Sequence record: MK562505
Length of the DNA: 64,000 bases
Direction: 5' to 3' (one strand)
From: Shigella phage Silverhawkium
Shown: positions 1 through 9,842 of the stretch, piece by piece
Layout of the letters: each line of letters begins with the position of its first letter
Position numbering within the stretch: position 1 is the stretch's first letter
Notes under the pieces: generated by a model
Told to the model about the DNA's origin: nothing
The model's input: only the letters and a program-made list of their open reading frames with translations
The model's database searches: none
Position numbers and translations under genes: made by a program

Positions 1-2422
1 CATTGCACCTGATTTATGGAACTTTGATAATCCAAAGTGTAAACCTTGGGGTGATTTCTTCCAAGACTCACTTATTCAGTCTCGCGTTCAGTGGATGGAT
101 AGGCCAACACCAAAAGGCTACAAAGGTGCTCACGGATTGGCTGCGTGGGGTGCTCGTGTTGGTGTTCGTAAACCTGAGATTGAAGAGTGGGGTGTATGGA
201 ATGCAGAAATCCTTAACCGTGTTGTTGAAGATATCCGCATTAACGCCAAAGCAAAAAGGGCTATGGATAATGAGTATCTAAAACTGAAGAAGTGTGGTGT
301 TGATACTTATGAAACATACATGAGAGCCAAGGAAACATCTTTTTGGATGAGTCAGCAAGCAATCAATGGTTGGAAAGCTGATATCAACAAAATGAAAAGT
401 TGTATCAAAGAGTTGGATAAGATGACTTCTGACTTAGCTTCTGAGGTAGAACCATTCTTACCACCAACTATCAAAACAAAAGGTAAAGTTACTGGTGAAG
501 AATTTGCCAAGTCATGGAATGAGTACGTAGAGACATTTGGTGGTGCAGATGGTTTGAAGAGAATCACAAAGTACCCTAAGACAAAATATCGTCAGCAGGT
601 TCGTAATGGTGAGATGCAAAGTTACCCTATCAAGCCATATGGAAAACCAACTACAAAGATTTTCAGCATTGAAAAAAGAAATTGCTACACTCCAACTAAC
701 ACCGTTACTGGAGAAGAGTACAAAGAAGGTTTTGTAGCGATGAAAGATGCTCGTGCAGTTTGCAATGAGTTAAATGCTAAAGTGGATAAGAAGTGCAAAG
801 ATTGGAAGCCAGTTAAGACGGTGAAGATTGTGAAGTACTACAACAACCATGTAGTTAATCACTTTGGTCTTGAATCAAGTCGATACACAGGGTTGATTGA
901 TGCACCGTATACACCTATTGAGTTTGAAGTGTCACGAATGACTCAGGTGGCTGTTGTTAAGGATTACTTGAAGACTTTAGGTTGGATTCCTGATGATTGG
1001 AATTACAAGAAGGATTCAGATGGTCGTCCTGTGAAAGTTTGTCGATTCAAAGACAATAAGAAAATGATTCGCAAGCACCCAAAATGGGATGAAATGGTTG
1101 AGCGTTGTGGATTGAACTATGTTGAGCACGAAGGTATTCAGTACATTGAGCATAACTGGTCTGTCAAAAAGTACACAGACTTGCTTGAGCCTTGCTTGAT
1201 TCGTACTTCACCAAAACTGACTGAATCATCTTATGACACCATTGAAGGTGAACTTGGACAGAAGATTGCGAAGTACTATACTTTGATGCACCGACGTAGA
1301 ACTATTGAGAACTCAAAAGATGATGAAAAGGGCTGGTTGAACCAGATTCGTCCAGATGGTCGTTTGAGTGCTGGTGCAATGGTGTTTGGTACATCTACTG
1401 GACGTATGACGCAGTATGGTATTGTAAACGTACCTTCTGGTGCTGCCGTTTATGGGGAACCAATGAGGGCAGTTTGGATTTGTGAAGAAGGGACAAACGT
1501 AGTCTCTGTAGATATGAACTCTGCACAGCTTGTTCTTCTTTGTAACTTTATGGGTGATAAGGATTTCACAAAGGCTGTAACTGAAGGTAAAGAAGAGATT
1601 GAGTTTGTTCGTCAAGAAGATGGTCGTTACTATTGCAAACACTTTGATGAATACTTGAACCCTGAAGTTGACAAGTATCTTCGTTATGACCATGAAAATG
1701 ACCTGTATGTAGTTTACTCAGGTACTGATGCTCATACACTGAACAGTATCTACTTTAGTTTGAATGATGAGCAGGATATCTTGACTTGTCGTATGACTCA
1801 GGATGAAAATCTTCTTCACGAAATTAGTAAGGGTCGTAAGAAAGCTAAGAATGGTATCTATGCACTGTTGTTCGGTGCAGGTGATGAAAAGTTTGCTAAG
1901 ACCATTAAAGCAGCTACCACTCAGGAAGGTGCATTAACTAAACAGACTTACTTTGTGCGTTTGCCGAAGATTAAGAAACTGTTAGACAACTTAGAAGCCG
2001 ACTTTAAAGCTACTAAGAAAGCACTGGAAGAGGTGTTTGGTAAAACTGCTGCTATCGCTAAAGGTGGTTTTGTTAAGGTTGCTGGTGCTTGGTTGTGGTG
2101 TAAATCTCCACATAAACTTTTGAACTATCTGTTGATGGGTTCAGAAGCACAAGTACAGAATGAAGCAATCAACCTTGCTTGTCGTCGTATGATTGATGAA
2201 GGGTTAATGAAACTGAATGGTCGTAAACCAGCTATTGGTGCTCGCCTACTCTGTGCTTACCACGATGAAACAAGCTGGGAATGTCCAGAGAGCATGACAG
2301 CAGAAGTCAAAGCAGTAACTGACTGGTACTACGGGCAAGCTTCTAAGAACTTAGGTCTTAAAAAAGATACCCTTGTAACTGGTGCTGGTAAGGTTGGTAA
2401 AAGCTGGCTGGAAGTTCACTAA
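1..2422 (+). CDS. DNA polymerase, family A (Pol I-like), 5'-partial; reading frame is open to the window edge
   Basis: Motif A-like DMNSAQLVLL, motif B-like RKKAKNGIYALLFGAG, motif C-like YHDETSWE; frame continues upstream of first ATG at 95. Confidence 0.85.
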   Translation, partial: IAPDLWNFDNPKCKPWGDFFQDSLIQSRVQWMDRPTPKGYKGAHGLAAWGARVGVRKPEIEEWGVWNAEILNRVVEDIRINAKAKRAMDNEYLKLKKCGVDTYETYMRAKETSFWMSQQAINGWKADINKMKSCIKELDKMTSDLASEVEPFLPPTIKTKGKVTGEEFAKSWNEYVETFGGADGLKRITKYPKTKYRQQVRNGEMQSYPIKPYGKPTTKIFSIEKRNCYTPTNTVTGEEYKEGFVAMKDARAVCNELNAKVDKKCKDWKPVKTVKIVKYYNNHVVNHFGLESSRYTGLIDAPYTPIEFEVSRMTQVAVVKDYLKTLGWIPDDWNYKKDSDGRPVKVCRFKDNKKMIRKHPKWDEMVERCGLNYVEHEGIQYIEHNWSVKKYTDLLEPCLIRTSPKLTESSYDTIEGELGQKIAKYYTLMHRRRTIENSKDDEKGWLNQIRPDGRLSAGAMVFGTSTGRMTQYGIVNVPSGAAVYGEPMRAVWICEEGTNVVSVDMNSAQLVLLCNFMGDKDFTKAVTEGKEEIEFVRQEDGRYYCKHFDEYLNPEVDKYLRYDHENDLYVVYSGTDAHTLNSIYFSLNDEQDILTCRMTQDENLLHEISKGRKKAKNGIYALLFGAGDEKFAKTIKAATTQEGALTKQTYFVRLPKIKKLLDNLEADFKATKKALEEVFGKTAAIAKGGFVKVAGAWLWCKSPHKLLNYLLMGSEAQVQNEAINLACRRMIDEGLMKLNGRKPAIGARLLCAYHDETSWECPESMTAEVKAVTDWYYGQASKNLGLKKDTLVTGAGKVGKSWLEVH

Positions 2423-2427
2423 TAGTG

Positions 2428-2456
2428 TTGACAAGGTGCTCATGGAAGAGTACCTT
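2428..2456 (+). promoter_or_regulatory. possible sigma70-like promoter (TTGACA-17-TACCTT)
   Basis: -35 TTGACA at 2428-2433; weak -10; precedes RBS and ATG at 2483. Confidence 0.25.
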
Positions 2457-2482
2457 ATACTATATCTTGTATAGGAGGTCAT

Positions 2483-2701
2483 ATGACACTTTCAGAGATT
2501 GAAGTACAATTGCAGTGTGCAGGTTATTCTCAAAAAGAGATTGAAGGTATGTTTATTGCTCTTTGCAGTGGTTCTAGAAATTTGAAGGTAAACCCTGAAG
2601 TTCTGCGTAAAGTAGATATCTTTATTGCTGGTGGGAAAATTGCAAAAGATAAGACAGGCTACTTAAAAGGTGAGCACGTAGATATTGAGAGTTTACTATG
2701 A
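2483..2701 (+). CDS. hypothetical protein (72 aa)
   Basis: ORF with AGGAGG-type RBS upstream; no recognisable motif. Confidence 0.4.
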   Translation: MTLSEIEVQLQCAGYSQKEIEGMFIALCSGSRNLKVNPEVLRKVDIFIAGGKIAKDKTGYLKGEHVDIESLL

Positions 2702-2907
2702 GCCACCGTGGAAGAACACATCTGGCAATGATGAAAGATGCTTCAAAGGAGACTATTAAGAACCGTAAGCAGAAGTTGTTTGAGAGGATGAACAGACTCA
2801 TTGATAACACTTCTCTTTCTGGTAGTGAGAAGGTTTTCTTGAAAGGGAATCTGAAAAGTATTGCACAGGAACTTATTGACATTGAATTTTGGAGACACCA
2901 AAAATGA
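2698..2907 (+). CDS. hypothetical protein (69 aa)
   Basis: ORF overlapping previous stop by 4 nt (ATGA coupling). Confidence 0.35.
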   Translation: MSHRGRTHLAMMKDASKETIKNRKQKLFERMNRLIDNTSLSGSEKVFLKGNLKSIAQELIDIEFWRHQK

Positions 2908-3155
2908 GCAGTAGAGAAGAAGAAGCTTTAGCAATCTTCAAGAATGAAGACAAATCAATAGCTTTTGTCTCAGAGGCTTGGTGCAGAGGTTTGGGATATG
3001 ATTGGTATCTTTTCTTATGCGCTAAGAAAGATGTTAAACCAGTTGATGAAACCCGATTCAAAGAACTGTATAATATCTGCCAAGAGGGTTATGAAGAACA
3101 TTACAAAGGTTCTTTGAATCCTGTAAATTCAAAAGCTTCAGATTTATTTTATTGA
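2889..3155 (+). CDS. hypothetical protein (88 aa)
   Basis: ORF in compact plus-strand gene series. Confidence 0.4.
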   Translation: METPKMSSREEEALAIFKNEDKSIAFVSEAWCRGLGYDWYLFLCAKKDVKPVDETRFKELYNICQEGYEEHYKGSLNPVNSKASDLFY

Positions 3156-3165
3156 GAGGTTTAAA

Positions 3166-3411
3166 ATGTTAAAATTATTGATACCAGCTTTAGCAGTCAT
3201 ACTGGTTGGGTGCAACCCTTCTTATGAGAATAAGGATGCTTCTTACAGACTTCCTCCAGAAATGCAAGACTGCAAGATTTATAAACTTAATGGTGATGCC
3301 ATTAGCAGGGATGTTATTGTAGTTCGCTGCCCAAATTCTCAGACTACAACTTCTTACAAGTATGGAAAGAATAGTCAGTCACACACTACAGTTTTTGATG
3401 GAGGATATTGA
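3166..3411 (+). CDS. putative lipoprotein (81 aa)
   Basis: N-terminal signal peptide with lipobox-like LVGC (MLKLLIPALAVILVGCNP). Confidence 0.45.
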   Translation: MLKLLIPALAVILVGCNPSYENKDASYRLPPEMQDCKIYKLNGDAISRDVIVVRCPNSQTTTSYKYGKNSQSHTTVFDGGY

Positions 3412-3412
3412 T

Positions 3413-3616
3413 ATGCAGGTTCTGGTAAACTTTATCTATAAGTATGAAAACATCTTCAGCACTATGACTGAAGGTCAACGCAATCCAGTTATCCCACGAG
3501 AAGGGGATACTGTTGAGATTAATGATTGGAACCACAGAGTTGCAGGGGTCAAGCATAAACTTAAAGATGATTATGACCACCAAGTTGTAAATGTGTATTT
3601 AGAAGGTAAGTGGTAA
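3413..3616 (+). CDS. hypothetical protein (about 67 aa)
   Basis: Internal Met of ORF 3362..3616 preceded by GGAGGA RBS; earlier start would overlap upstream gene. Confidence 0.3.
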   Translation: MQVLVNFIYKYENIFSTMTEGQRNPVIPREGDTVEINDWNHRVAGVKHKLKDDYDHQVVNVYLEGKW

Positions 3617-3710
3617 TGAGAATCTTACATATCATCTCTGAAGATTTTGGAGGGTGCTCTTGGCACTCATTTTTCACAAAAGGTTGTCTAGCTTGTGAGG
3701 CACGTAATAA

Positions 3711-4811
3711 ATGACAATTCTGTACAAACAAAATAAAGATGGCTCTTTTAACGTCTGGTCATGTGTTGCTGTAGGTGACAAAGTCGTCACAACTTATGGT
3801 AAAGAAAATGGCAAGATGATGTTTGAAGAGTACACAGCAGAACCTAAGAACATCGGTAAAAAGAATGAGCGTAATGCTGAACAGCAAGCTCTCTTTGAAG
3901 TTGCTGCTAAGTACAAGAAGCAGGTTGACCGTAAAGGGTATGCTTACACAAAATCTGAAGCAGAGAATGTTGAAAAGGTTGGTGTACAGCTTGCTCAGGA
4001 TGCTTCCAAGATAAGTCACAAGAAGTATCTGGTATTCCCTGCCGATGCTCAACCTAAACTTGACGGGGTTCGTTGCAGGATTTCAAGAGATGCTGACTCA
4101 GAAAGTTTTACAGCATATTCTCGTGAGAACACGGTATACAACATTCCTGTAGAGTTGATTCCTGATGTTCTTCTTATGCTGAAGCTTCATAAAGATGTTG
4201 AAGATTTCGACGGTGAGATTTATGCTCATGGTTGGGACTTGGAAGATATTGTGTCTATGATTAAGAATGCTGACAATCCAGACCGTCACCTTCTTAAATT
4301 CTACTGGTATGATATCTGTGACAAGACTAAATCTTGGCCTGAGCGTCGTGAAGTTATTGATAATTCACCAATCGTTGAACTCGGTGATGCTTGCAGGGTT
4401 GTACCTGTTCAGACAATCCGTGTTAACTCTTGGGAAGAATTTGATAATGCTCATGACAATTGGGTTAAACTCAAGTTTGAAGGGGCAATGTATCGGTCAA
4501 TCTCACCAGATTCGTTCTATGAGTGTGGTCACCGTTCGTACTTCTTGATTAAACACAAGAAGATGCACACGCAGGAGTTCATAGTAACTGCTGTCAAGAC
4601 TGATAAACGTGGTCACGGTAAGTTCGTTGTAGAGACCCTTCCTAACGTCTTTGTAGATGTTTCATGGAAAACTACCCATGAGAAGAAGCAGCATCTTGCT
4701 GAACATCCTGAAGAGTTTATCGGGAAGCCTTTAACGGTTCAGTTCCAGAAGATGACTCGTAAGGGGTCTTTACAGTTCCCTGTTGGGCTTGTTATACGAG
4801 ATTATGAATAG
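3711..4811 (+). CDS. ATP-dependent DNA ligase
   Basis: Nucleotidyltransferase motif I KLDGVRCRI (KxDGxR), DGE motif III-like FDGEIYAHG; size 366 aa similar to T7-type ligases. Confidence 0.75.
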   Translation: MTILYKQNKDGSFNVWSCVAVGDKVVTTYGKENGKMMFEEYTAEPKNIGKKNERNAEQQALFEVAAKYKKQVDRKGYAYTKSEAENVEKVGVQLAQDASKISHKKYLVFPADAQPKLDGVRCRISRDADSESFTAYSRENTVYNIPVELIPDVLLMLKLHKDVEDFDGEIYAHGWDLEDIVSMIKNADNPDRHLLKFYWYDICDKTKSWPERREVIDNSPIVELGDACRVVPVQTIRVNSWEEFDNAHDNWVKLKFEGAMYRSISPDSFYECGHRSYFLIKHKKMHTQEFIVTAVKTDKRGHGKFVVETLPNVFVDVSWKTTHEKKQHLAEHPEEFIGKPLTVQFQKMTRKGSLQFPVGLVIRDYE

Positions 4812-4974
4812 AGGTTAGCATGTTTAGCGCAATTATCCTGTTTGTTTTTGTTGTTTTATCATTATCTTACTTCATAAGTAAACTGATAAGCATAACATAC
4901 AAATCAGCCTTAGCCCTTACTCTGTTATCATTTGTAGTAAATGCAGTAGTCAGAGAATTTTTAATATAAAGTTG

Positions 4975-5002
4975 TTGACATAGAAAATTTGGTGAGTATA
5001 CT
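4975..5002 (+). promoter_or_regulatory. sigma70-like promoter (TTGACA-16-TATACT)
   Basis: Near-consensus -35 and -10 hexamers; lies upstream of repeat block and gene at 5366. Confidence 0.45.
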
Positions 5003-5038
5003 GAGCAGCATAAACCAACGGGTACTCACCAGCATCAC

Positions 5039-5330
5039 TTAAGAGTCTTTGAAAAGGATTTTTAAGTGATATTTGGTATGGTATGGTACGGTTCGGTGGT
5101 GTATGGTTTGGTTCGGTGGTGTAAGGTGTGGTCCGGTAAAGTATGGGTAGTTAGTCTCAGCTACATTAAAATGAGACTTACCTTTTTAAAAGGTCTTGAA
5201 GAGGGTCTTTTAATAAGGTAGGGTAAGGTTAGGTAAGGTATGGTTGGGTTAGGTATGGGTGGATGGTAGTAGCCACGTTAAAAATCTACCAAGTTTCTAA
5301 AGAGTCTTCTGTTGAGGGTTCTTTATAAAC
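5039..5330 (+). repeat. modular non-coding repeat block A: two units, each AAGAGTCTTT-type motif + about 75 nt GG-periodic tract + hairpin
   Basis: GG dinucleotide every about 5 nt at 5074-5156 and 5217-5265; hairpins agtctca/tgagact (5153-5178) and ggtag/ctacc (5265-5290); related to block at 6430-6691. Confidence 0.7.
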
Positions 5331-5348
5331 AACTTAACAATAAACTAA

Positions 5349-5954
<606 letters not shown>

Positions 5955-5956
5955 TT

Positions 5957-6397
5957 ATGAATACAAAAGCATTAGCAGCAAAGTTTAGTTACGGTGATAC
6001 TGTATCACACTCTGAGATGGACACCTTCTTAGGTATTGAGAAGCCAACTTATCAAGGTAACATTGTTAAGTACGAAGATGAAATGAAGGCTTACGCGCTT
6101 ACACGCCTAAATCGACTTGAGAAGTTTATTGAGAAGCTTCTTAAAGAAGAGAAGATTTATCTGGTTGCTTCAATGGGTGTTGGTTATCGCGTGGTTGAAC
6201 CCAAACATCAAGCAACTATTGCAAAACGTAAAATGTCTAGTAAGATTGGTCGTGCTTTAAAGCAAGCCACTCAAGCGATTGAGAATGTGAACACTATGGC
6301 ACTGAGTCATCAAGAACGTTCACGACTGATTGAACAGCAAAACCATTTAGCTGCCATGAAAGCTAACATTAACAAACAACGTAGAAAGCCTTTCTAA
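5957..6397 (+). CDS. hypothetical protein (146 aa), charged/helical
   Basis: ORF immediately following previous gene; Lys/Glu-rich. Confidence 0.45.
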   Translation: MNTKALAAKFSYGDTVSHSEMDTFLGIEKPTYQGNIVKYEDEMKAYALTRLNRLEKFIEKLLKEEKIYLVASMGVGYRVVEPKHQATIAKRKMSSKIGRALKQATQAIENVNTMALSHQERSRLIEQQNHLAAMKANINKQRRKPF

Positions 6398-6408
6398 GTT
6401 GATTAGGT

Positions 6409-6431
6409 AGCCTCTTCGGAGGCTCCTTTTT
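6409..6431 (+). terminator. rho-independent terminator
   Basis: Hairpin AGCCTC-ttcg-GAGGCT followed by TTTTT. Confidence 0.55.
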
Positions 6432-6691
6432 AAAAGGTCTTTAAAAGGGTCTTTTAATAAGGCTCGGCAATGTTCGGCATGGTCTGGTATAGTCCGGTGC
6501 TGTTCGGCGTGGTAAGGTGAGGTATGGGTAGTTAATCGGAGCTACATAAAAATTCGATTACATCACTTAAGAGTCTTTGAAAAGGGTTTTTAAGTGAGGT
6601 TTGGCTCAGTATGGTTATGTGTGGTGATGTGTGGTTCTGTAAGGTCATGTTTGGTATGGAAGGATGGCAGTAGCCTTATAAAAAATCTGCC
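6430..6691 (+). repeat. modular non-coding repeat block B: two units paralogous to block A, in shuffled order
   Basis: GG-periodic tracts 6461-6536 and 6597-6668; hairpins taatcg/cgatta and ggcag/ctgcc show compensatory changes relative to block A. Confidence 0.7.
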
Positions 6692-6710
6692 AAATAAGCT
6701 ATAAAATCTG

Positions 6711-6739
6711 TTGACAAGTCAGGTGTTATAGCTTATTTT
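6711..6739 (+). promoter_or_regulatory. possible sigma70-like promoter (TTGACA-17-TATTTT)
   Basis: Consensus -35, weaker -10; upstream of AGGAGG RBS and ATG 6780. Confidence 0.35.
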
Positions 6740-6779
6740 TATACTCAAATGTATACAAAATTTTATATAGGAGGTAGTT

Positions 6780-7160
6780 ATGAAAAAGTTACTTGTTGGT
6801 GTCATTGCTCTTGGTATGAGTTTTAGTGCAGTGGCTATGAAGATGCCTGAAGCAAACTTTAGTGGTGTTGCTTTAGAATCTTGTAAGATTGTACAGAAAA
6901 TTGCATCAAATGCTGGAGAGTTAACTAAACCGTTGTCTGCTACGACTGTTCAAGAAATGACTGATAAGATGGTTGACTACAACTACCATTTTATGGGAGA
7001 TTACTATGACAGATTAGCAGATGAGATGGTCACTCAGAACGTTGACCTTCTTGATAGTAAAGGTATTGAGACTGTAGAAGATGTGAAAGACAACTTTATG
7101 CGTGAGTCTTTCAAAGGTGTTCAATACTTTATTGAAAATCGTCACTGCATGGGTTTATAA
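6780..7160 (+). CDS. secreted/periplasmic protein (126 aa)
   Basis: N-terminal signal peptide MKKLLVGVIALGMSFSAVA. Confidence 0.5.
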   Translation: MKKLLVGVIALGMSFSAVAMKMPEANFSGVALESCKIVQKIASNAGELTKPLSATTVQEMTDKMVDYNYHFMGDYYDRLADEMVTQNVDLLDSKGIETVEDVKDNFMRESFKGVQYFIENRHCMGL

Positions 7161-7162
7161 TC

Positions 7163-7366
7163 ATGAAGAAGAACATCTGTAGAACAGACTATGGTGAAGT
7201 GGTCGATGATGACGGAGTAGTTATTTACAGAGTTTGGGCTAATGATTTTGCAACCGTTGTAGAGTCTTTAGATAACTACATCAATGGGACTCGTGAAAAC
7301 GTCAGAGCAACTAATCTTGATTCGTTAATCGACACTTCCAGAAAACGGAGAAAGAAAGATGAATGA
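7163..7366 (+). CDS. hypothetical protein (67 aa)
   Basis: ORF directly after previous stop. Confidence 0.35.
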   Translation: MKKNICRTDYGEVVDDDGVVIYRVWANDFATVVESLDNYINGTRENVRATNLDSLIDTSRKRRKKDE

Positions 7367-7658
7367 GGTTTTTGACCCTTATGCTCCACAAGATGATTGG
7401 GAGGCAAATAGAGAGGCTGAAATGGAAAGCTATATCTGTCCAATGGATGTTGAAGAAATGAGAGAGTTCGTTTCTTACAGATTCAGAAAAGAGATTGAGA
7501 AGCGAAAGTACTCTCAAGCACAAGTTGCAAAGATTTGTGAAATATCTCAAGCAAGAGTCTCGAACATCATTAATGAAAATGGTAAAGTAACTCTCGAATA
7601 CATGCTCAGGGCATGTGAAAAACTAGGTGTAAATTTTAACTTAAGGCTGGCAGACTAA
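7359..7658 (+). CDS. helix-turn-helix (XRE-like) DNA-binding protein
   Basis: C-terminal segment SQAQVAKICEISQARVSNIINENGKVTLEYMLRACEKLGV resembles HTH_XRE. Confidence 0.5.
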   Translation: MNEVFDPYAPQDDWEANREAEMESYICPMDVEEMREFVSYRFRKEIEKRKYSQAQVAKICEISQARVSNIINENGKVTLEYMLRACEKLGVNFNLRLAD

Positions 7659-7659
7659 T

Positions 7660-8019
7660 ATGAAAACTCAAAATGCAATCTTCAATGACAACTTTGCTCT
7701 TGGATTTTATGGTAAACCTACAAGAGTTGAGAAATCGTTTGGTGAAGAACTCTTATCTGTTTTGAAGAGTATGTACAAAGATGGTAAGATAAAACACACT
7801 GAAAAGAAGCGAATCGCTGGATACATGACGATTGGCTCTGCTATCTCAAACATTAAACTTGAAACAACATGTGCTCATGATGTTCGCAACAAGTTTATAA
7901 AGGAACTTTTTGACAACATTGATGGTGTTTCTGTGAAAGCTATCTGGTTAAATGTTGATGGTACTAACTACACAACATTCACTTTCAAAAACGAGGATAT
8001 CAAATGTCTCTTCCCATAA
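7660..8019 (+). CDS. hypothetical protein (119 aa)
   Basis: ORF in compact series. Confidence 0.4.
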   Translation: MKTQNAIFNDNFALGFYGKPTRVEKSFGEELLSVLKSMYKDGKIKHTEKKRIAGYMTIGSAISNIKLETTCAHDVRNKFIKELFDNIDGVSVKAIWLNVDGTNYTTFTFKNEDIKCLFP

Positions 8020-8507
8020 AAATAAACTTAGTCTTTGGATTTAACGTTCTAAAGGGTCAAATACTGAGTCTCCCAAAGTCACCTTATCGCACTGATAAGG
8101 GTTCAGTGAAACGTGCTGCACACTATAACAACAATTTAGGTGCTTTGCAGTCTCTATATGAGTGGCTTGATGAGGATGGAAGACTCAATGAATACCTTCA
8201 TCAACTTAATTTGACATTGGAAGAGGGCAATATGGTTTATAACCACCTTCCACAACTTTACACGCCAATGTCACCAACTCAGCAAAACTGGAATGAACGT
8301 GCTTTAGATGGGTATAGCACAATTACACACTCGAAAAGTCTGGACAGCACACCTGAGTACAGGAAACTCAGAGAGATTATCTACCAAACTATAGGTAAGA
8401 GAGTTTCAAAAGGGCTTGGTTACAAAGAAAAGGTTGACTGGAATACACAAAAGTGTATAAAATTCTACTCATTTGATAATGAGAAGCAGACATTTATAGA
8501 GGTTTAA
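8004..8507 (+). CDS. hypothetical protein (167 aa)
   Basis: ORF in compact series. Confidence 0.4.
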   Translation: MSLPIKINLVFGFNVLKGQILSLPKSPYRTDKGSVKRAAHYNNNLGALQSLYEWLDEDGRLNEYLHQLNLTLEEGNMVYNHLPQLYTPMSPTQQNWNERALDGYSTITHSKSLDSTPEYRKLREIIYQTIGKRVSKGLGYKEKVDWNTQKCIKFYSFDNEKQTFIEV

Positions 8508-8508
8508 C

Positions 8509-9030
8509 ATGCAAAAGATAGGATTCCTGTTGATACAACCAGAAGCTATTCTATTAAAAGGTATCATTTCAAGCCATTTTAAGAACAGAAACCTCCAAGA
8601 AGGTGAAGTTCTGATTGAGACAAACTATGAAGCTGGCACAACTGAGTTTGTTGATGCAGATACTGGAGATTCACTTTGTATTCTCCCTTCACACTTGTTC
8701 ACACCGGAGTTGAGAGATTCTAAATCAATCTCTATGAAGCTGGAGTCAAGTATTGAACTTTATGAGGATACTCAGTATCCAAGAAGCTTCAAATCTATGT
8801 TGAACATCTTCTTAGAGGATATCAAAGAGATTGTGAAACCAGAAGCAGGGAAACATATAGTGACTGCTGAGTGTCCAAATGGGACACACATAACATTTAC
8901 CGGAGATTTTGGTTCAATGGAGTTTCTGAGTTTTGTACCAAAACACTTCGTAGATTTCTTATCAACTGAGTGTGATGATTTAGATTTCATCGTTGATATT
9001 CAACAAATATTTAAGGTAAACAAAAAATGA
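8509..9030 (+). CDS. hypothetical protein (173 aa)
   Basis: ORF in compact series. Confidence 0.4.
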   Translation: MQKIGFLLIQPEAILLKGIISSHFKNRNLQEGEVLIETNYEAGTTEFVDADTGDSLCILPSHLFTPELRDSKSISMKLESSIELYEDTQYPRSFKSMLNIFLEDIKEIVKPEAGKHIVTAECPNGTHITFTGDFGSMEFLSFVPKHFVDFLSTECDDLDFIVDIQQIFKVNKK

Positions 9031-9299
9031 AAATCTTTGAAAAGTTTGAACAATGTTACGCTCAAGATGGTGAGCCTTTGAAATGCCCCACTTGTGGAGG
9101 TTCAAACTTCCAAGGTGAAATTTCAGAGATTGTTGCTGGGAACATAGCTGAAGAGTACACACGCTGTATTGATTGCAATAACATTGTATCTTTTTGGGCG
9201 TATGGTAGCTATCAACCACAACCTAAGCTGGTGTACCATCCGGTAAAAATCATCAAAGATATTGCAAACTGGTTTGTAATTAAGGGGTTCACACAATGA
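9027..9299 (+). CDS. zinc-ribbon protein (90 aa)
   Basis: CPTCGG ... CIDCNN pair of CxxC motifs. Confidence 0.4.
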   Translation: MKIFEKFEQCYAQDGEPLKCPTCGGSNFQGEISEIVAGNIAEEYTRCIDCNNIVSFWAYGSYQPQPKLVYHPVKIIKDIANWFVIKGFTQ

Positions 9300-9841
9300 T
9301 TCGTTTAGTATTTGCAAGTGGTAGAAAAGGTGAGTTTGGTTGCCCTAGTGGGATGCCTTGGGAACGTAACCGTGAAGACATGAAGGAGTTCAGGAAACTT
9401 ACTGAAAACCAACTAGTGGTTATGGGTAATGAGACCTTTAAAAGCCTTGGTAGAAAGCCTTTACCAAACCGTGAGAACATGGTTTTATCAAATAACCTAC
9501 CATACTATGGTATAGATTTTGATAATGAAAACTTTGTCATTGCAAAGGTTGAACCAGACTCTTTTGGTGCATTCCTTAAAAAGATTGATAAGCAAATTGA
9601 TGAAGATGTTTGTGTAATCGGTGGTGCAAATATCTTGAAAGCTGCCTTACCATTTGCTGATGAGGTTTACCATACAGTAATTTATGAGATTACTAAGGAA
9701 CCGACTGTCTATTTACCTGAAGAGGGTTTCTTTGAGTATTTGCATGAGAAAGAGTTATTTGCTAGAATACAATCTAAACCGTTAGCTGACAAATCTGGTG
9801 TAGTTAACTTTTATGTACCACAAGTAAGAGGACGTTTTTGA
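9296..9841 (+). CDS. frd: dihydrofolate reductase
   Basis: DHFR pattern MIRLVFASG...GMPWE...VVMGNETFKSLG...RENMVLS; 181 aa; adjacent to thymidylate synthase. Confidence 0.8.
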   Translation: MIRLVFASGRKGEFGCPSGMPWERNREDMKEFRKLTENQLVVMGNETFKSLGRKPLPNRENMVLSNNLPYYGIDFDNENFVIAKVEPDSFGAFLKKIDKQIDEDVCVIGGANILKAALPFADEVYHTVIYEITKEPTVYLPEEGFFEYLHEKELFARIQSKPLADKSGVVNFYVPQVRGRF

Positions 9842-9842
9842 T

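Noticed and set aside
3711-4811. NAD-dependent (LigA-type) DNA ligase
   Set aside because: Size (366 aa) and a single KxDG motif fit the compact ATP-dependent phage ligases; no BRCT or zinc-finger region is present.
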